Assembly (NCBI GenBank): GCA_031416355.1
Contig: JANOTM010000151.1
Span: forward strand, 1-37,853
DNA from: Gammaproteobacteria bacterium
GTDB taxonomy: Bacteria; Pseudomonadota; Gammaproteobacteria; Acidiferrobacterales; UBA6901
Direction: 5' to 3'
DNA length: 37,853 nt
Both the position numbers and the translations under genes were made by a program. Under the pieces are notes generated by a model that was given only the letters and a program-made list of their open reading frames with translations, made no database searches and had not been told where the DNA came from. Below are positions 33,997 to 37,853 of the stretch, piece by piece. Position 1 is the first letter of the stretch. Every line of letters begins with the position of its first letter.

Positions 33997-35067
33997 ATGC
34001 GTATAGGTATTCCTAAAGAGATCAAGCCCCTCGAAGGGCGCGTGGCCTTGGTGCCGGACGCGGCCGCCGAGGCGGTGCGTTACGGACACACAGTGTTTAT
34101 ACAAGCGGGTGCGGGGCAAGCGAGTGGTTATAGCGATGCCGACTATGAACGCGCCGGGGTTAGCATCGTGCCGGATGCCGTGGCGGTATATACCCAGGCC
34201 CAGCTCCTGCTGAAGGTAAAAGAGCCCATTGCCCCCGAGTTTGGCCTGTTGCGCCGAGACCATGTGTTGTTCTCGTTTCTGCATCTGGCCGCAGAACCGG
34301 TATTGGCCATGACCCTGAAGGAACGCGGCCTTACCGCCATTGCCTTCGAGACCGTGGAAGAAGCCGGGCGCTTGCCACTGCTGGCGCCCATGAGTGATAT
34401 CGCCGGGCGCATTGCGGTGCAGGTGGGCACGACGCTACTGCACAGCCCCCAGGGTGGTCGCGGGCTGTTGCTGGGCGGTATGCCGGCGGCGGCGCGTGGG
34501 CGGGTGGTGATATTGGGCGCCGGGGAGGCCGGTGGTAATGCGGCGGCAGTGGCCGCGGCGCTGGGCGCGGAAGTGCTGGTGTTCGACCGGTCGCGCGCCG
34601 CCTTGGTCCGTATGCATGCCCTGGGCCCCAATGTGACCGCACTCACTCCCTATCAGGCTACCCTGACCGAGGCCTTGCGTACCACGGATCTGCTCATTGG
34701 GGCGGTGCTCATACCCGGTGCCCGCGCGCCGCGGCTGGTGACCCGTGACATGATACGCGGCATGCGCCCGGGCTCGGTGGTGGTGGATATTTCCGTGGAC
34801 CAGGGCGGTTGTATAGAAACCACCCGACCCACGGATTATACCCGCCCCACCTATGTGGAAGAGGGCGTGACCCATTTTGCGGTGACCAATATGCCGGGCG
34901 CCGTGCCACGCACCGCGTCCCAGGCCCTATCGGCGGCGCTCCTGCCTTTTGTATTGCGCCTAGCCGAAGACGACTGGGCAGCGGATCCCGGGCTTTACTC
35001 CGGTATCAATGTTCAGGCCGGGCGTATTGTGCATAAACAGGTCGCCGAGGCCCTAGGTGTCATCTAA
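33997..35067 (+). CDS. ald: alanine dehydrogenase
   Basis: 356 aa with [20 protein letters not shown] at the N-terminus and the NAD-binding [14 protein letters not shown], typical of AlaDH/PNT family Ald. Confidence 0.88.
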   Translation: MRIGIPKEIKPLEGRVALVPDAAAEAVRYGHTVFIQAGAGQASGYSDADYERAGVSIVPDAVAVYTQAQLLLKVKEPIAPEFGLLRRDHVLFSFLHLAAEPVLAMTLKERGLTAIAFETVEEAGRLPLLAPMSDIAGRIAVQVGTTLLHSPQGGRGLLLGGMPAAARGRVVILGAGEAGGNAAAVAAALGAEVLVFDRSRAALVRMHALGPNVTALTPYQATLTEALRTTDLLIGAVLIPGARAPRLVTRDMIRGMRPGSVVVDISVDQGGCIETTRPTDYTRPTYVEEGVTHFAVTNMPGAVPRTASQALSAALLPFVLRLAEDDWAADPGLYSGINVQAGRIVHKQVAEALGVI

Positions 35068-37477
35068 CGTGACCAAGCCGCGACCGAAAAACCATTATTT
35101 CCCTTGGCTTAACCCGCTCAAAAAGGGAAAATGGGCGGGTCTACGCCCGAACTCGAGGAATGCTGTGGCCCAGGCGACCTGGAAAAAGACCCAACGACCG
35201 CCCCTTGCTCCGAAACTGGTCCGGATAATCCGGGAGGTGGGCCTATATCTGCTGGCGGCGCTGTCGCTCTATCTCCTGATCTTTCTCTGGACCTACCACC
35301 CCACGGACCCGGGCTGGTCCACCAGCGGATTCAGCGGGCAGGTGGCTAACGCCGGGGGGCGTGCCGGTGCCTGGCTGGCGGATGTCTTTTTCGGCCTGTT
35401 TGGCTATGTCGCGTATGTGTTCCCCGTGATTGCGGCCATCGGTAGCTGGCGTTTCTACCGCGATCGCCAGAGTGAGCAGTTGTCGGATATTCGCCATCGC
35501 GCCCTGTGGTGGGGCGGTTTCCTGATGCTGCTCTTGGGCGCGTGCGGCCTAGGGCATTTGCATTTTCAAGATCTGGCGACCGGCATGCCGTTCACCACCG
35601 GTGGCGTGCTGGGTCGGGCGGTCAGCGCCGGCCTGGTGTCTGCTTTTAGTTTTGTGGGTGCCACGCTATTTCTGCTTACTCTGCTGCTTTCGGGTATCAC
35701 CCTGTCCACCGGTCTGTCCTGGCTCAAGGTGATGGACGTGGTGGGTTCTTGGTCGCTGGAGTTCGGCGAACGCCTGCGCAAACACCTGTCCACCTGGATC
35801 GATTATTTTATCGGTCTGCGTGCCAAGCGCGAGCGCCGCGAGACTGTGGCGGTGGAAAAAAAGGTCATGCAAAAGCACACGCCGCCGCGCATCGAGCCGG
35901 TGCTCAAGCCGCCGGCCAAAAGCGAGCGCGTGGAGCGCGAAAAACAAGTGCCGCTGTTCGATATGCCCGCCAGCGGTGCACTGCCGCCCCTGGCCTTGCT
36001 CGATCCACCGGATGCAAAAAAAGTTTCTTACTCCACCGAAACCCTGGAGACCCTGTCGCGCCTGGTAGAAAAGAAGCTGCTCGATTTCAATATCGAGGTG
36101 CAGGTAGTAGCGGTGCATCCGGGGCCGGTGATCACGCGTTTTGAGGTCGATCCGGCGCCGGGCATAAAGGCCAGCCAGATCACCGGACTCGCGCGCGATC
36201 TCGCGCGCGCACTGTCGGTTATTAGCCTGCGGGTGGTGGAAAACATTCCGGGTAAATCCGTGGTCGGTCTCGAAATCCCCAATGAGCAGCGTGAAATAGT
36301 GCGCCTGAGCGAGGGTTTGTCGTCCAAGGCCTACGAGGATATTCATTCGCCTTTGGCGCTGACCTTGGGCAAGGACATCGGCGGCCACCCCATTATCGTG
36401 GACCTGGGCAAGATGCCGCACATGCTCATCGCCGGCACCACCGGTTCTGGCAAGTCGGTGTGCATTAATGCGCTAATTCTGAGCCTGCTCTACAAAGCCA
36501 CACCAGATCAGGTGCGACTCATCATGATCGACCCCAAGATGCTGGAGCTGGCGGTGTACGAAGGTATTCCGCATCTACTGGCACCGGTGGTGACGGACAT
36601 GAAGCAGGCCGCCAATGCTTTACGTTGGTGTGTGGTGGAAATGGACAGACGCTATCGTCTGATGGCGGCCCTGGGAGTGCGTAACATCGCCGGTTATAAT
36701 CACAAACTCAAGGACGCGGAGAAAGCCGGCAAACCCATACTCGATCCGGTCACGGTGCCGCCGGACGGCGAAGAGCCGCAGGCGCTCACCACCTTGCCTT
36801 ATATCGTCATCATCATCGACGAACTCGCCGACATGATGATGGTAGTGGGCAAAAAAGTGGAAGAGCTGATTGCGCGCCTGGCGCAGAAGGCGCGCGCCGC
36901 CGGCCTGCATCTTATCGTGGCCACCCAGCGTCCGTCGGTCGATGTCATCACCGGTCTCATCAAGGCCAACATCCCCACGCGTATTGCGTTCCAGGTGTCG
37001 GCGCGGGTGGACTCGCGTACTATTTTGGATCAAATGGGCGCGGAACAACTGTTAGGCCAGGGCGATATGTTATTTTTGCAGCCGGGCACGGGCCTGCCCA
37101 TACGCGTACACGGCGCCTTTGTGGCCGACCAGGAAGTACACAAAGTGGTGGCCTTCCTTAAGAAACACGGCAAGCCCAATTACAACGAAAGCATACTTAC
37201 CGGCGACATGGACAATGCCAATGGTAGCGGCGACGGTGGCGGTTTCGGCGGCGATCCGGGCATGAACGGCGAGGCCGACCCCCTGTACGACGAAGCCCTC
37301 AAGATCGTCACCGAAAGCCGGCGCGCCTCCATCTCCGGTGTGCAGCGGCGCTTGCGCATAGGCTATAACCGCGCCGCGCGCCTGATCGAAGAAATGGAAA
37401 AGACCGGCGTGGTCGGTCCCTTGCAACCCAACGGCAGCCGCGAGGTCCTGGCACCAGCGCCTCCGCCTCGCGGTTGA
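35057..37477 (+). CDS. ftsK: DNA translocase FtsK
   Basis: 806 aa (GTG 35057 or GTG 35069). It has N-terminal TM helices, a linker, a motor domain with Walker A GTTGSGKS and Walker [11 protein letters not shown], and a C-terminal gamma wHTH ([23 protein letters not shown]). Confidence 0.95.
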   Translation: MSSNVTKPRPKNHYFPWLNPLKKGKWAGLRPNSRNAVAQATWKKTQRPPLAPKLVRIIREVGLYLLAALSLYLLIFLWTYHPTDPGWSTSGFSGQVANAGGRAGAWLADVFFGLFGYVAYVFPVIAAIGSWRFYRDRQSEQLSDIRHRALWWGGFLMLLLGACGLGHLHFQDLATGMPFTTGGVLGRAVSAGLVSAFSFVGATLFLLTLLLSGITLSTGLSWLKVMDVVGSWSLEFGERLRKHLSTWIDYFIGLRAKRERRETVAVEKKVMQKHTPPRIEPVLKPPAKSERVEREKQVPLFDMPASGALPPLALLDPPDAKKVSYSTETLETLSRLVEKKLLDFNIEVQVVAVHPGPVITRFEVDPAPGIKASQITGLARDLARALSVISLRVVENIPGKSVVGLEIPNEQREIVRLSEGLSSKAYEDIHSPLALTLGKDIGGHPIIVDLGKMPHMLIAGTTGSGKSVCINALILSLLYKATPDQVRLIMIDPKMLELAVYEGIPHLLAPVVTDMKQAANALRWCVVEMDRRYRLMAALGVRNIAGYNHKLKDAEKAGKPILDPVTVPPDGEEPQALTTLPYIVIIIDELADMMMVVGKKVEELIARLAQKARAAGLHLIVATQRPSVDVITGLIKANIPTRIAFQVSARVDSRTILDQMGAEQLLGQGDMLFLQPGTGLPIRVHGAFVADQEVHKVVAFLKKHGKPNYNESILTGDMDNANGSGDGGGFGGDPGMNGEADPLYDEALKIVTESRRASISGVQRRLRIGYNRAARLIEEMEKTGVVGPLQPNGSREVLAPAPPPRG

Positions 37478-37574
37478 GAGCTACGGAAAAATATTTGTAG
37501 GGGGCACAGTTAATTCTGTATCTATTTTTTAAGAACGTATAACAAAATGATCGGGGCTTGCTTCATGCCTCGGC

Positions 37575-37606
37575 CCCCTCCCCTCTCCCGCGGGAGAGGG
37601 GAGGGG
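37575..37606. repeat. perfect 32-bp palindrome (cccctcccctctcccg|cgggagaggggagggg), REP-like
   Basis: All 16 base pairs were checked by hand. It lies in the ftsK-lolA spacer, and no U-tract follows. Confidence 0.8.
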
Positions 37607-37667
37607 ATGAGGGCCAGAGCTAGCAGCAAGTTCTAGTCATTTTATTTAGGGACTCTAAGGAAAATGT

Positions 37668-37853
37668 ATGACTATGTTGCGATTGAACCTGTTGGCACTC
37701 TTGCTTCTGCTCAGCGTAGTGGTACACGCGTCCGCGCCTAAGGATCTGGAACGTTTTTTCAACGGTGTACACACCTACACAGCACGCTTTCAACAGGTGG
37801 TGCTGGACGACAAACTCAATATTACCCAAGAGTCTTCCGGTACCCTATGGATA
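37668..37853 (+). CDS. lolA: outer-membrane lipoprotein carrier protein LolA, 5' partial (runs off the window)
   Basis: This ORF is absent from the ORF track and comes from my own translation: MTMLRLNLLALLLLLSVVVHASAPKDLERFFNGVHTYTARFQQVVLDDKLNITQESSGTLWI. It has a signal peptide and a LolA-type N-terminus, in the conserved position after ftsK. Confidence 0.8.
   Translation, partial: MTMLRLNLLALLLLLSVVVHASAPKDLERFFNGVHTYTARFQQVVLDDKLNITQESSGTLWI

Noticed and set aside
35666-36421. A 251-aa antisense ORF inside ftsK, and similar ORFs inside mfd (6359-6949, 7284-7685, 8263-8937).
   Set aside because: They lie fully within strongly supported housekeeping genes on the opposite strand or in another frame, and they have low-complexity translations with no family resemblance.

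Overview
The window looks like gammaproteobacterial chromosomal backbone interrupted by a roughly 16.5 kb GC-richer segment. The backbone carries galU, hpt, mtnP, def, mfd, carD, ispDF on the left and nfeD-SPFH, tauE-like, smrB, trxB, ald, ftsK and the lolA 5' end on the right. The GC-richer segment spans about 12.48 to 28.9 kb and its third codon positions are almost all G/C. Degraded toxin-antitoxin genes sit at both edges: a truncated brnT with intact brnA on the left and a hicA fragment on the right. The segment also holds an orphan atpC. Its core is a 12-gene same-strand operon (13450-27921) encoding six c-type cytochromes, and I counted 51 canonical CXXCH motifs plus two CX3CH. The haem counts per protein are 4, 11, 8, 7, 3 and 18. 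The operon also encodes three paralogous NHL beta-propeller proteins, a 685-aa predicted outer-membrane beta-barrel, a 4-TM b-type cytochrome and a 41-aa TM peptide. I read this as a candidate uncharacterised trans-envelope electron conduit running from a quinone-pool module through periplasmic carriers and a porin to large extracellular cytochromes. The only three perfect FNR/FixK-type boxes (TTGAT-N4-ATCAA) I found in the window all lie in noncoding DNA of this cluster. Other notable items are an HTH-less LexA/UmuD-like S24 peptidase, an exported tandem hexapeptide-repeat protein, and a well-formed 187-bp MITE with an 11-bp target duplication. There are also several perfect palindromes and a tauE-like gene whose conserved N-terminus lies upstream of any canonical start codon. 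I saw no rRNA, tRNA, CRISPR array, integrase or transposase.
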